From assembly GCA_046313635.1 (NCBI GenBank), contig JBKBYA010000002.1, forward strand, positions 32,001 to 96,000: 64,000 nt of DNA. Reading direction: 5' to 3'. Origin of the DNA: Pyrinomonadaceae bacterium (lineage in GTDB: Bacteria; Acidobacteriota; Blastocatellia; Pyrinomonadales; Pyrinomonadaceae). Positions 10,352-20,254 of the stretch are shown here, one piece after another. Positions within the stretch are counted from its first letter, which is position 1. Every line of letters begins with the position of its first letter. The position numbers were made by a program, and so were the translations under genes. Below the pieces are notes generated by a model. It was not told where the DNA came from. It searched no databases and was given only the letters and a program-made list of their open reading frames with translations.

Positions 10352-10816
10352 TTATCTAAGCCGTTCTTTCAACTGCTGGCGCGTTTCGCGCTCGACCGTT
10401 TTTGTGATCTCGGCGGCGCGCTTGTCGTAAAGTTTTTTGCCCTTTGCGACGCCGATCTCAAACTTGATCCGGCCGTTCTTCCAGTAGATGGCCGTGACGA
10501 CGAGCGTCATTCCTTTTTGCGTCGTCTCTTTTTCGAGTTTCTCGATCTCGCGCCGGTTGAGCAGCAGCTTGCGCGAGCGGAGCGGATCGTGGTTTTCGCG
10601 GTTGCCGTGGGAGTAGGGAGAGATATGCGCATTCATCAGCCACACCTCGCCTTCCTTAATCGAGACGTACGAGTCCTTGAGCTGGATGCGGCCCGCCATT
10701 ATGCTCTTGACCTCGGTGCCCTTCAGCACGGCGCCGGCCTCGTAGCGATCAAGAATGTGATATTCGTGAAACGCCTGCCGGTTGGTCAGTATCTCTTTGT
10801 CAGCCGCCGCGGACAT
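10352..10816 (-). CDS. smpB: SsrA-binding protein
   Basis: NRQAFHEY, EAGAVLKGTEVKS, RKLLL, GKKLYDKR. Confidence 0.97.
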   Translation of the reverse strand: MSAAADKEILTNRQAFHEYHILDRYEAGAVLKGTEVKSIMAGRIQLKDSYVSIKEGEVWLMNAHISPYSHGNRENHDPLRSRKLLLNRREIEKLEKETTQKGMTLVVTAIYWKNGRIKFEIGVAKGKKLYDKRAAEITKTVERETRQQLKERLR

Positions 10817-10876
10817 AAAGGAAAAAGTATGAAGTACGGCCCGCAAATGTCAAAGTAATGCCCAGCCGCAGCAGAG

Positions 10877-10905
10877 TTGACAGTCACAATTCGGGCACGT
10901 AAATT
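10877..10905 (+). promoter_or_regulatory. sigma70-type promoter of tRNA-Gln
   Basis: TTGACA-17 nt-TAAATT, 12 nt upstream of the tRNA. Confidence 0.75.
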
Positions 10906-10917
10906 ATTACCTTGCGC

Positions 10918-10991
10918 TGGGAGATCGTCTAATGGTAGGACTCCAGATTCTGGCTCTGGCTATCGGGGTTCGAATCCCTGTCTCCCAGCCA
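10918..10991 (+). tRNA. tRNA-Gln (CTG)
   Basis: Acceptor TGGGAGA/TCTCCCA, anticodon arm CCAGA-TTCTGGC-TCTGG, GGTTCGAATCC T-arm, encoded CCA end. Confidence 0.97.
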
Positions 10992-11007
10992 ATTTAGTTT
11001 TTAAGAC

Positions 11008-11095
11008 CGGCGGCCAGTTGTCAGTTCTGGCATTCTCCGGTCTGAATTTCTCCGCAATTTTCCCTCTGGCAACTGACCGCCGACCGCTGACAACT
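11008..11095. repeat. degenerate heptamer inverted-repeat element after tRNA-Gln
   Basis: CGGCGGC CAGTTGT CAGTT ... CTGGCAA CTGACCG CCGACCG CTGACAA CT. Confidence 0.7.
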
Positions 11096-11105
11096 CGCAA
11101 CGATT

Positions 11106-11576
11106 ATGGACGGATGGCACGAAACTGAGATCCGCGTTCGATACGCTGAGACGGATCAGATGGGCATCGTGCATCACTCGAATTACCTCGTGTGGTTCGA
11201 GCTCGGGCGGAGCGAGCTTTGCCGCTCGCGCGGGTTTTCGTACCGCGATATGGAGCGTAAGGGCAACGCGCTGCTCGTCGTAGCGGAGTCGTATGTGCGA
11301 TACAAATCGCCTGCATATTACGAGGATGTGCTCACCATCCGGACAAAGGTCAGCGAAGTTCGCAGCCGTTCGATACGATTCAACTACGAGCTCTACCGGC
11401 CGTCTGACGCCGCTCTGCTGGCCGAGGGCGAGACGCTGCACCTGGTCACGGACCGCGATAAAAAGGTGCGCACGCTGCCCGAAGCGTATCGCGTCCTGCT
11501 GGCCGAGCCGCTTGTCGATCCTTCGTCGAGTGTGCCGGCGCACGAGCCGGAGATCGCCGCTGCAGACCCGACTTGA
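11106..11576 (+). CDS. acyl-CoA thioesterase, YbgC/4HBT family
   Basis: IRVRYAETDQMGIVHHSNYLVWFELGR. Confidence 0.92.
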   Translation: MDGWHETEIRVRYAETDQMGIVHHSNYLVWFELGRSELCRSRGFSYRDMERKGNALLVVAESYVRYKSPAYYEDVLTIRTKVSEVRSRSIRFNYELYRPSDAALLAEGETLHLVTDRDKKVRTLPEAYRVLLAEPLVDPSSSVPAHEPEIAAADPT

Positions 11577-11607
11577 ATCTCCACTCACCTGAACCTACAC
11601 TCAGATC

Positions 11608-11781
11608 ATGCCTGGTTCTTCGCTTGCCGAGATACTCTTCATCGCGATGATGATGATACTGATTCTCGTGCTCTGTACGGCTGCGGTTTACTTCTTTTTC
11701 CGAACTTACAGAAAGGAAATGCGGGAGAGGGAAGAGCTCGCCCGTCACAAGCGTGAAAGGCAGCGAGAGGAGCAGGCCTGA
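11608..11781 (+). CDS. 57-aa single-pass membrane protein (absent from ORF track)
   Basis: MPGSSLAEILFIAMMMILILVLCTAAVYFFFRTYRKEMREREELARHKRERQREEQA*; fills the gap; TTGAAT-17-TACACT-6 nt-ATG upstream. Confidence 0.75.
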   Translation: MPGSSLAEILFIAMMMILILVLCTAAVYFFFRTYRKEMREREELARHKRERQREEQA

Positions 11782-11789
11782 GCTTCGCT

Positions 11790-12344
11790 ATGCCGCACCC
11801 GCGAATATTGGACATTGCAAGGTCGGCGCTGATGGTCGTCGACGTGCAGGAAGCGTTTCGCAAGGCGATACCCGACTTTCCGCTGCTGGCGTCGAGAGCG
11901 GCGACCGCGGTGCGAGGCTTTGCGCTACTCGGCCGGCCGGTCGTCATTACCGAACAGTATCCCAAGGGACTGGGCCGCACCGCCGAGGAGATACGTATGA
12001 CGCTCGACGACGACTTTCACTTTGTCGAAAAGAGCGAATTCAGCGGCTGCCTCGCAACGGTCGTCGACGATCTGCGGGGCCGCGGGGTCTCGCAGGTATG
12101 CGTGTGCGGCATCGAGGCGCACATTTGCGTGAATCAGACCGTTCACGGCCTGCTAGACGCAGGATTTGAGGTCCACGTACTCGCCGACGCCGTGGCCTCG
12201 CGCACCGACGAGAATCGGGCGATCGCTCTCGCAAAGATGTCGTCGAGCGGCGCCGTGCTCTCATCGGTCGAGATGGCGCTCTTCGAGATGCTGGGCGACT
12301 CGCGGCACGAGAGATTCAGAGAGGTGCAGGATCTCATCAAATAG
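11790..12344 (+). CDS. isochorismatase-family hydrolase
   Basis: VVDVQE, TEQYPKGLG, K..FS, GIEAHICVNQT. Confidence 0.92.
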   Translation: MPHPRILDIARSALMVVDVQEAFRKAIPDFPLLASRAATAVRGFALLGRPVVITEQYPKGLGRTAEEIRMTLDDDFHFVEKSEFSGCLATVVDDLRGRGVSQVCVCGIEAHICVNQTVHGLLDAGFEVHVLADAVASRTDENRAIALAKMSSSGAVLSSVEMALFEMLGDSRHERFREVQDLIK

Positions 12345-12383
12345 CGGCACGTGACAGCATTGCCGCCTCACTAGAGTTTTCTA

Positions 12384-14807
12384 ATGGATCTGCTTTCTTC
12401 GCTAAACCCCCAGCAGGCCGAGGCCGTCAAGACGACCGAGGGCCCGCTGCTCATACTCGCCGGCGCCGGCTCGGGCAAGACGCGCGTGATCACGGTACGC
12501 ATCGCGTACCTGATCGCCGAGAGGGGCGTCGCGCCGCACAACATCCTCGCCGTGACCTTTACAAACAAGGCCGCGGGCGAGATGCGCAGCCGTATCGAGC
12601 ATTTGCTCAAGGACCAAAAGCTCCAGTCCGCGCCGCTGATCTCGACGTTTCACAGCCTCTGCGTGCGCATTCTGCGGCAGGACATAGAGAAGCTCGACGA
12701 GCGCTACACAAGGTCGTTCACGATCTACGACACCGACGACTCGCAAAAGGTCGTCAAGGCGTGCATAAAGGAACTCGGCATAGACGAAAAGCAGCTGCCC
12801 GCCCGACTCGTCCGCAACGCCATCAGCAGCGCAAAGAACTCCGGCCGCAATGCCGAGGATTTTGCCACCCAGACCGAGTACACCGACGAGAAGCGCGCGG
12901 CGATCTCGCGCGTCTTCAGGATGTACGACCAGCGGCTGCAAAATGCGAACGCGCTCGATTTTGACGACCTGCTGATCAAGACCGTCACGCTGCTCCGCCG
13001 GTCCGACGAGACGCGGCAAAAGTACAACGACCGTTTCAAATACATCCTCGTCGACGAGTACCAGGACACGAACGAGCTGCAGTTCAACCTCATCAGCTTC
13101 CTGACGGAAAAGCAGCAGAACATCTGCGTTGTCGGCGACGACGCGCAGAGCATCTACGGGTTTCGGCAGGCGGACATTCGCAACATTCTCGAGTTTGAAT
13201 CGTACTTTCCCGACGCCAAGGTCATCCTGCTCGAGCAGAACTACCGCTCGACGCAGACGATCCTCGACGCCGCGCACGCGATCATCGAAAAGAACGTCAA
13301 CCAGAAAAAGAAAAAGCTCTGGACCTCGAATCCCGGCGGCGAAAAGCTCTACTACTATCAGGCCCTCGACGGCGACAGCGAGGCCCGCTTTGTCGCGTCG
13401 AAGATCGAGGAGCACCTGCGGCGCGATCAGAACGCGCGCCTCGCCGTGCTTTACCGCACGAACGCGCAGTCGCGGCTTTTCGAAGAAGCTCTGCGTCGGC
13501 GCCGGATCGAGTACAACATCGTCGGCGGATTTTCGTTCTACGAGCGGGCCGAGGTCAAGGACATTGTCGCGTATCTCAAGCTGGCGATGAATCCGTTTGA
13601 CGACATCGCGCTGCTGCGCGTGATAAACGTACCGCCGCGCGGCATCGGCAAGACGTCGCTAGACGAGATCCAAAAACAAGCGAGGCATCGCGGCTCTTCG
13701 CTCTGGATGACGATCGCGACGCTGACCGATCCCGCGTTGACCGAGAACGTAAACCTCACGCCGCGTGCAAAAGAGGCTCTTCGTGCGTTTCGCAAGACGA
13801 TCGAGCGGCTGCACATGCGGATCGTCGAGCCGAGCCTCGCCGAAAAGCCTGTTTCGGATGTCGTCGTCGCCGCGATCGAAGAGACCGGCTACGCCGGAAT
13901 GCTCCGCGCGGAAGGCACCGACGAGGCCGAAGCTCGGCTCGAGAACCTTGAAGAGCTGGTCAACGCCGCCGTCGATTACGACCGCGACCGCGAGAGCGGC
14001 CTGCGTGATTTTGTCGATCACGCCGCGCTGACCTCCGACACCGACAGCTACGACCGCAACGCTCCCGTGACGCTCATGACGGTGCATTCGGCCAAGGGGT
14101 TGGAATTTCCCGTCGTCTTTCTCGTCGGGCTCGAGGACGGGATCTTTCCGCATTCGCGCAGCATCAACGATCCAAAGGAGCTCGAAGAGGAGCGGCGTCT
14201 CGCGTACGTCGCCATCACGCGGGCCGAGAAGACGCTCTACGTCACGCACTCGATGCGCCGCCGCGTGTACGGCGAGGAGATCGTCGCCGAGCCGTCGCAG
14301 TTCCTCAACGAATTGCCGCTCGAGCTGATACACGATCTCTCTGACGGACCGTCTTGGCTCTCGTATGCGACGGGCAGCCGCGGTTTTGCCGCGTCGGCCG
14401 GCGGCGGGAGAGGCTCCCGTTCCGAAGAAAGTCTGCCGGCCCCGAAGCCGAAGAATCTCTACACCGGCAAGACGTACAACAGCGCCGACGCGATCGCCGA
14501 GTTCTTTAAAAAGCGCGGGCCCGGACTGAAGCGCGAGACCTCGGCTCCGGACGAGAGGCCCCAGCCCAAGTCTCCTTCATCTCCATACGAGCGGCTCAAG
14601 GCCGCGGGCTCAGGCCGCCCGCCTGCCGAGGCGGACGCCTCCGGATCGGGTTTTACGCCGGGAACGCATGTCCTGCACGAAAAATACGGCCGCGGGCTCG
14701 TTCTTCGCCGCGAGGGATCGGGCGACAACGTAAAGCTCACGATCAGCTTTTCTGGCTACGGTCAAAAGAAGCTGATCGAGAAGTACGCCAACCTGCAGCG
14801 GGCATAA
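12384..14807 (+). CDS. pcrA: UvrD/PcrA superfamily 1 DNA helicase
   Basis: LAGAGSGKT, TFTNKAA, DEYQDTN, VGDDAQSIY, YRTNAQSR, HSAKGLEF, EEERRLAYVA; C-terminal Tudor-like domain. Confidence 0.95.
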   Translation: MDLLSSLNPQQAEAVKTTEGPLLILAGAGSGKTRVITVRIAYLIAERGVAPHNILAVTFTNKAAGEMRSRIEHLLKDQKLQSAPLISTFHSLCVRILRQDIEKLDERYTRSFTIYDTDDSQKVVKACIKELGIDEKQLPARLVRNAISSAKNSGRNAEDFATQTEYTDEKRAAISRVFRMYDQRLQNANALDFDDLLIKTVTLLRRSDETRQKYNDRFKYILVDEYQDTNELQFNLISFLTEKQQNICVVGDDAQSIYGFRQADIRNILEFESYFPDAKVILLEQNYRSTQTILDAAHAIIEKNVNQKKKKLWTSNPGGEKLYYYQALDGDSEARFVASKIEEHLRRDQNARLAVLYRTNAQSRLFEEALRRRRIEYNIVGGFSFYERAEVKDIVAYLKLAMNPFDDIALLRVINVPPRGIGKTSLDEIQKQARHRGSSLWMTIATLTDPALTENVNLTPRAKEALRAFRKTIERLHMRIVEPSLAEKPVSDVVVAAIEETGYAGMLRAEGTDEAEARLENLEELVNAAVDYDRDRESGLRDFVDHAALTSDTDSYDRNAPVTLMTVHSAKGLEFPVVFLVGLEDGIFPHSRSINDPKELEEERRLAYVAITRAEKTLYVTHSMRRRVYGEEIVAEPSQFLNELPLELIHDLSDGPSWLSYATGSRGFAASAGGGRGSRSEESLPAPKPKNLYTGKTYNSADAIAEFFKKRGPGLKRETSAPDERPQPKSPSSPYERLKAAGSGRPPAEADASGSGFTPGTHVLHEKYGRGLVLRREGSGDNVKLTISFSGYGQKKLIEKYANLQRA

Positions 14808-14873
14808 ATATTGCTTAAAAATAAAAGCGAATAATTGTGTATTGATCCGAAGCAGAGGATCGGGAGGGACAGT

Positions 14874-15776
14874 ATGCGCAAACTTGGTATCGTAGCGGTC
14901 TCGGCCGCTGCCTTGCTCGCCTTGAACGGCTGCGGCGGGACGGTTTCGACCGGCAACACCAATCTTACAGCGGTCAATGCGAACGCAAGCATCGCGAACT
15001 CGGTAGCAAATTCTAACATCGATGCAGTCGCCGGCACGACCGGCGGCTCGACGGTCGAGGCCCGTGAGCCCGAGCAGTATCAGGCCAATATCAGGCTCAG
15101 CCTGCAGACGATGGGCGGCAGTCAGAACGTAAGCGTCCCGACGCTGGCCGCGGTCGTGGCCCGTTCGGGTGCGGACCGCGTGATGCAGTTCACGCTGCCG
15201 AACAACGAGAAGGTGATCTATCTCGACAAGGCCGGCACCAACTATCTTATTCTCCCGAACCGACGCCAGTACGCCGAATTGAACAAGGAATCGCTGGGCT
15301 TTGAAGTACGGCGGATGCTGATGCCCGAGCAGGTCGTCGCTCAGGTCAAGGGCCTGCCCGGCGTCAAGCTCGCCGGCGAAGAGGTCGTCAGCGGCCGCGA
15401 GGTCGTCAAATATACGTATCAGGCCGTAACTAATACGCAGACACAGGCCGGCAGCGTCGGCACCGAATCGGTGATCCTCGTCGATAAGCAGACCGGCCTG
15501 CCGCTGCGAAGCGAGACGGTGTCGCAGACGCAGTCGGGAGCGAACGTTCAAGGCGTCAGCGGCGTACGCGTCGTCACCGAGATGACCGACATCAGCACGA
15601 CGCCCGACGCGGCTCTCTTTACGCTGCCTGAGGGTTATCAAAAGATCGATCCTGAAACCGTGAAGGCACAGGTGCAAGCCGTCTTCAGCATCGTCGGCAG
15701 CTTTATCGGCCAGGCGATGAATAACCAGCAGCCGCCGGCCGCAAATTCGAATGCGGCCGCGAACTCCAACCGCTAA
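14874..15776 (+). CDS. lipoprotein of unknown function (possible LolA-like fold)
   Basis: Lipobox LNGC after a hydrophobic signal; beta-rich body ending PDAALFTLPEGYQK. Confidence 0.7.
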   Translation: MRKLGIVAVSAAALLALNGCGGTVSTGNTNLTAVNANASIANSVANSNIDAVAGTTGGSTVEAREPEQYQANIRLSLQTMGGSQNVSVPTLAAVVARSGADRVMQFTLPNNEKVIYLDKAGTNYLILPNRRQYAELNKESLGFEVRRMLMPEQVVAQVKGLPGVKLAGEEVVSGREVVKYTYQAVTNTQTQAGSVGTESVILVDKQTGLPLRSETVSQTQSGANVQGVSGVRVVTEMTDISTTPDAALFTLPEGYQKIDPETVKAQVQAVFSIVGSFIGQAMNNQQPPAANSNAAANSNR

Positions 15777-15780
15777 AGCG

Positions 15781-16491
15781 ATGGGACGACTGCTGCTCGG
15801 ACTATTGATCGGCATCTTGCTCGGCGGCGGGCTGAGCTACTTTTTGCTTGTCGGTACGCCGCGGTCGTCGCCGCCGCCCGGAGAGCCGATGCGGCCGCCC
15901 GACGCGTCGGCGATGCCGCCGGGCACGGCGCAGATCGTCTTGCGGCAGGACTTTTTTAACGGCGTTCTAAATACGGTTTTCAGCGAGATGAACCCGCCGG
16001 TCTTCGCACTCGACCGCGGCGGCCGCAACGGCGAATGTCCGAGTCAGCTGACCATTCTTCGACAGGGCAGCGGAGCGGAGAGCATTGTCAGGCTCGAGGG
16101 CGAGCGGCTCGGGGCGAATCTCGCCTTTAACGGCAATTACAATTCGCCCGTCGGCTGCATCGCATTCTCGGGTTGGGCCGATTCTAATTTTGAGCTCCGG
16201 TACGATCCGGCCAATAAGAGCGTCTTTGGCCAGCTCAACGTCGCCAACGTCAACCTCGACGGCGTCAATCCGATCTTTGCGCCGCTGATCACGCCGATCA
16301 TCCAATCGACCATCAACTCGCGGGTCAATCCTATCCCGATCGTCGACGGCGCTCGGCTGTCGCTCAATATCCCCATGGCGGCCGCCGGCGGAGAGCTGAA
16401 CGCCGTCATCTCGGACGTCCGCGGCGAGGTGAAAGACAACGCCCTGAATCTGTATGTTGTTTATGACTTCAGCGGCCGCGTCGCGAGGTGA
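15781..16491 (+). CDS. membrane-anchored hypothetical protein
   Basis: ATG 15781 just after the upstream stop; N-terminal TM LLLGLLIGILLGGGLSYFLL. Confidence 0.7.
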   Translation: MGRLLLGLLIGILLGGGLSYFLLVGTPRSSPPPGEPMRPPDASAMPPGTAQIVLRQDFFNGVLNTVFSEMNPPVFALDRGGRNGECPSQLTILRQGSGAESIVRLEGERLGANLAFNGNYNSPVGCIAFSGWADSNFELRYDPANKSVFGQLNVANVNLDGVNPIFAPLITPIIQSTINSRVNPIPIVDGARLSLNIPMAAAGGELNAVISDVRGEVKDNALNLYVVYDFSGRVAR

Positions 16492-16551
16492 TCGGCTGCG
16501 ATCCGGCGGCGGCGTGAGAGCGAGCTATCATTTGGCCATGTCGGATGCGCA

Positions 16552-16941
16552 ATGTTGAGACCGTTCACGATATCGTTGATCCTGCTGTCGGCGTTTATCT
16601 CGAACGGCTGTTCTCGACCTGCGGACGACGGAGCCGCCGCATCGACCCCGGTCCCGGCCGCGAACTCCTATACTGCAAGCGATGCCTCAGGAACTTTCGC
16701 CGCCGCGACCGGAGTTCCTGCTTGTGACGAGGCGATCGCGCTTCTCCGTGCGGAGCTCGACCTGCCGGACGAGAACGACGTCGCCCGTGCGATGAAGGCT
16801 GCGGCCCTCGGCCGGATCGAGGACAAGATCAGGTTAGCGATCGACCAGCACAAGGCCGACCGATCGCGCCTAGCTGCACGATGTCGCGAGATCGAACGTG
16901 AACTGACAAGGTACAAGCCCAGGGAAGCTGTCGATAAATAG
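16552..16941 (+). CDS. hypothetical lipoprotein
   Basis: Signal peptide ending SNGC; GVPACDE...C cysteine pair. Confidence 0.6.
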   Translation: MLRPFTISLILLSAFISNGCSRPADDGAAASTPVPAANSYTASDASGTFAAATGVPACDEAIALLRAELDLPDENDVARAMKAAALGRIEDKIRLAIDQHKADRSRLAARCREIERELTRYKPREAVDK

Positions 16942-16960
16942 CTCTCGGTCTTACGGACAC

Positions 16961-16995
16961 AAAAACAAGAGGCCCGCCAAAATCAGGCGGGCCTC
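16961..16995 (-). terminator. terminator after frr
   Basis: GAGGCCCGCC/GGCGGGCCTC stem with TTGTTTTT on the minus strand. Confidence 0.8.
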
Positions 16996-17017
16996 CGTCG
17001 CATTTGCAAAGCCGTGT

Positions 17018-17578
17018 CTAGACGCTCATGATCTCGTGCTCTTTATTCTTGGCGAGCTCGTCGATCTTTGCGATGAAATTGTTTGTCAGCTTTTGGACCT
17101 CGTCGAGGCCGCGGCGTTCCTCGTCCTCCGAGATCGCCTTGTCCTTGAGCAGCCTTTTCAGCGAATCGTTGGACGCGTGACGCACGTTGCGGATCGCGAC
17201 GCGATGGTCCTCGGCGACCTCGCCGACCTGTTTAGCGAGCTGCCTGCGGCGCTCCTCGTTGAGCGGCGGGACGGGAAGCCGGATGACCTTGCCGTCGTTT
17301 GACGGCGTGAGGCCGAGGTTTGCGCCGATGATCGCCTTTTCGACGGCGTTCAGCTGCGAAATGTCCCACGGCTGCACGGTTATGAGCTGCGGTTCGGGCA
17401 CGGCGACCGAGGCCATCTGATTGAGCGGCGTCGGCGAGCCGTAATAATCGACGACGACGCTGTCGAGCAGCCCGACGGTCGCGCGGCCGGTACGGATGTT
17501 TGCAAGCTTGCGTTTGAAGTCTTCGACGACGGCGTCCATCTTGGGGCGCGTCTCTTTGATCACATCATCTACGGTCAT
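17018..17578 (-). CDS. frr: ribosome recycling factor
   Basis: IRTGRA, YYGSPTPLNQ, PPLNEERR, RVAIRNVR. Confidence 0.98.
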   Translation of the reverse strand: MTVDDVIKETRPKMDAVVEDFKRKLANIRTGRATVGLLDSVVVDYYGSPTPLNQMASVAVPEPQLITVQPWDISQLNAVEKAIIGANLGLTPSNDGKVIRLPVPPLNEERRRQLAKQVGEVAEDHRVAIRNVRHASNDSLKRLLKDKAISEDEERRGLDEVQKLTNNFIAKIDELAKNKEHEIMSV

Positions 17579-17585
17579 AGGTCAG

Positions 17586-18323
17586 CTATTCGAAATCGTT
17601 TGTCACTACATTTGAAACGAGCGTCCCGATAGACAGGTCGCCGCAGACGGCCTTTACGATATTGCCCGAGCGTCGCATGTTAAAGACCATTATCGGGAGG
17701 CGGTTGTCCATACAGAGCGAGATCGCGGACGAGTCCATGACCCGGAGCTGCTTTTCGAGCACCTCCTGATACGACACGCGGTCGTAGCGTTCGGCGTCGG
17801 CGTGCTTTGCGGGGTCTGCCGAATAGACTCCGTCGACCTTTGTCGCCTTGAAGATCACGTCGGCCTCGATCTCGAGAGCCCGCAGGGCCGCGGCCGTGTC
17901 GGTCGTGAAGTACGGATTGCCGGTACCGGCGGCGAAGATGACCGCACGCTTTTTCTCGAGGTGGCGTATCGCGCGTCGGCGAATGAAAGGCTCGGCGATC
18001 TGCGGCACGTCGATCGCCGAAAGCGTCCGGGTATAGACGCCGACCTTCTCGAGCGCGTCCTGCAGCACGACGGCGTTCATTATCGTCGCCATCATTCCGA
18101 TGTAGTCGGCGCTCGCTCGGTCCATATTGCCCGCCGATTCCGAGACGCCGCGAAAGATGTTGCCGCCGCCGATCACGATCGCGATCTCGACGCCGAGGTC
18201 GTGGACGGTCTTCACCTCTTCGGCAAGCGCGGCCGCGACCTTGGTATCGATGCCGTAATTCTGCTCGCCCATGAGGACCTCGCCCGAGAGCTTGAGCAAA
18301 ATTCGTTTGAATACAGGCGTCAT
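17586..18323 (-). CDS. pyrH: UMP kinase
   Basis: [35 protein letters not shown]. Confidence 0.98.
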   Translation of the reverse strand: MTPVFKRILLKLSGEVLMGEQNYGIDTKVAAALAEEVKTVHDLGVEIAIVIGGGNIFRGVSESAGNMDRASADYIGMMATIMNAVVLQDALEKVGVYTRTLSAIDVPQIAEPFIRRRAIRHLEKKRAVIFAAGTGNPYFTTDTAAALRALEIEADVIFKATKVDGVYSADPAKHADAERYDRVSYQEVLEKQLRVMDSSAISLCMDNRLPIMVFNMRRSGNIVKAVCGDLSIGTLVSNVVTNDFE

Positions 18324-18327
18324 CGTT

Positions 18328-18450
18328 AAGTTACGAAGCTGCGAAGCTGCGAAGTTACAGAGTACCAGAGTGCCGGAGCTGCAGAGGGACGGAATAATTC
18401 GTTTTGTTTTTCGACATCCTCAATTTCGCAACTCCGGTACGTCGTAACTT
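18328..18450. repeat. octamer tandem inverted-repeat element between tsf and pyrH
   Basis: AAGTTACG AAGCTGCG AAGCTGCG AAGTTACA GAGTACCA GAGTGCCG GAGCTGCA ... CTCAATTT CGCAACTC CGGTACGT CGTAACTT. Confidence 0.85.
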
Positions 18451-18460
18451 TCCCAAACTT

Positions 18461-19126
18461 CTAATTGCTCGCCATCGAGGCGACCTCGGCGGCGAAGTCG
18501 TCCTGGCGCTTTTCGATGCCCTCGCCCATTTTGTAGCGAGTGAAGCGTCGGATCGTGATGTTCTCTTTGATCGACGCGATCTTTTCGGTAACAAGCTCGC
18601 CGACCGTCTTGCTCGGATCTTTGACGAAGGGCTGATCTACGAGGACGTTCTCCTCGTAGTACTTGTTCAGCCGGCCCTCGATGATCTTGTTGAGCACGTC
18701 CTCGGGCTTGTTGGCGTTCTTCGGATCGTTCTTGAGCTGCTCGCGCGTGATCTCGCGTTCTTTGTCGAGCTCGGCCGCAGGCACGTCCTCGCGGCGGACG
18801 TAACGCGGGTCTGCCGCCGCGATGTGCATCGCGACGTCCTTGACGAGCTGCTGAAACTCCTCACCGCGGGCGACGAAGTCGCTCTCGCAGTTGATCTCGA
18901 CGAGCACGCCGACCTTGCCGCCCATGTGAATGTACGACCCGACGACGCCCTCGGCCGTGACGCGGCCGGCCTTTTTGCCGGCCGTAGCCATGCCTTTTTT
19001 ACGAAGGATCTCGATCGCCGCCGCTTCGTCGCCGTTAGCCTCGACGAGAGCATTCTTACAATCGACCATTCCGGCTCCGGTCTTTTCGCGGAGCGCCTTT
19101 ACCGCGCTTGCTGTGATTTCTGCCAT
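18461..19126 (-). CDS. tsf: elongation factor Ts (short form)
   Basis: [30 protein letters not shown]. Confidence 0.98.
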   Translation of the reverse strand: MAEITASAVKALREKTGAGMVDCKNALVEANGDEAAAIEILRKKGMATAGKKAGRVTAEGVVGSYIHMGGKVGVLVEINCESDFVARGEEFQQLVKDVAMHIAAADPRYVRREDVPAAELDKEREITREQLKNDPKNANKPEDVLNKIIEGRLNKYYEENVLVDQPFVKDPSKTVGELVTEKIASIKENITIRRFTRYKMGEGIEKRQDDFAAEVASMASN

Positions 19127-19162
19127 AACTTACTCCGATTGATCAAAAAAATATTGCCTTAC

Positions 19163-19208
19163 AAAAAAGCGTAGCCCGTTTGCCTCGAACGGAAAAGAGC
19201 TACGCTTT
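19163..19208 (-). terminator. terminator/attenuator between rpsB and tsf
   Basis: AAAGCGTAGC...GCTACGCTTT stem with a U-tract on the minus strand. Confidence 0.7.
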
Positions 19209-19228
19209 CAAGAAATAAAAATGTCTGT

Positions 19229-20191
19229 TTAGCTGGCTGACGCTTCGCTGCTTTCTTCCGTTTGTTGTTCTTCGCGGGCCTCGACCAGATCGTCCGAGGA
19301 CATCTTCGCAACTTCCGGCCTGACCTCCGCCTCTTGATCGGCCCCGGCGATCGGGTGCGCGCCGGCGACCGTCTCGTCGCTGTGCGTCTCTTCAGCCGTC
19401 TCCCACGTGCGGTCGGCGACGGTCACCTGGATATTCTCAGCGGCGACGGTCTCGACCGCTTCACCGGCGGGAGCTTCGACCGGTGCGACGCCGCCCTCGG
19501 TCGCGATCTGCCGGCCTTCGATGATCGCGTCCGCGATCCTCGAGGCAAAGAGCCTGATCGCGCGAAGCGCGTCGTCGTTGCCCGGGATCACCTGCGTGAT
19601 GCCGTCAGGCGAGCAGTTGGTGTCGACGACCGCGACGATCGGGATGCCGAGGCGATTGGCTTCGGCGACGGCGATCTCCTCTTTGCGGACGTCGATGATA
19701 AAGAGCATGTCGGGCAGGCCGTTCATATCCTTGATGCCCTCGAGGTTCTTCATCAGGCTCGCGTGTTCGCGGTCGAGCTTGAGACGCTCTTTCTTGGTGA
19801 GCATCTCAAAGCGGCCGTCCTCTCGCATCGCTTCGATCTCTTTGAGCTTCTGGATCGACTTCTGAACGGTCTGATAGTTGGTGAGGAGGCCGCCGAGCCA
19901 GCGGTTGTTGATGTAGTACTGGCCGCAGCGGAGTGCTTCTTCTTTGATCGCGTCCTGCGCCTGGCGCTTGGTGCCGACAAAGAGGACCTTTTGATTCGGT
20001 CGCTCGGTCAGCGAGTCCTGAACGTAAGCCAACGCGTCGCGGAAAAGCTTCTGCGTTTTTTGAAGGTCAATAATATAAATGCCGTTGCGCTCGCCAAAGA
20101 TGTATTCCTTCATCTTCGGGTTCCAACGGCGGACCTGGTGACCAAAGTGAACTCCTGCCTCGAGGAGTTCTTTCATCGTTACTGTAGCCAA
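19229..20191 (-). CDS. rpsB: 30S ribosomal protein S2
   Basis: [34 protein letters not shown] start with AAGGAG SD. Confidence 0.98.
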   Translation of the reverse strand: MATVTMKELLEAGVHFGHQVRRWNPKMKEYIFGERNGIYIIDLQKTQKLFRDALAYVQDSLTERPNQKVLFVGTKRQAQDAIKEEALRCGQYYINNRWLGGLLTNYQTVQKSIQKLKEIEAMREDGRFEMLTKKERLKLDREHASLMKNLEGIKDMNGLPDMLFIIDVRKEEIAVAEANRLGIPIVAVVDTNCSPDGITQVIPGNDDALRAIRLFASRIADAIIEGRQIATEGGVAPVEAPAGEAVETVAAENIQVTVADRTWETAEETHSDETVAGAHPIAGADQEAEVRPEVAKMSSDDLVEAREEQQTEESSEASAS

Positions 20192-20254
20192 AACTATTTC
20201 TCCTTGGTTTATGTACTCGACAAGGCAATGGCCAAACCAAGCGCCCTGTCAATG

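Noticed and set aside
10918..11100. Genomic island or prophage integrated at tRNA-Gln
   Set aside because: No integrase, no duplicated tRNA 3' end seen, and the downstream genes are ordinary
18328..18450. CRISPR array interpretation of the periodic repeats (here and at the other repeat sites)
   Set aside because: Units are 7-9 nt and contiguous, with no 25-45 nt repeats separated by unique spacers; no cas genes in the window
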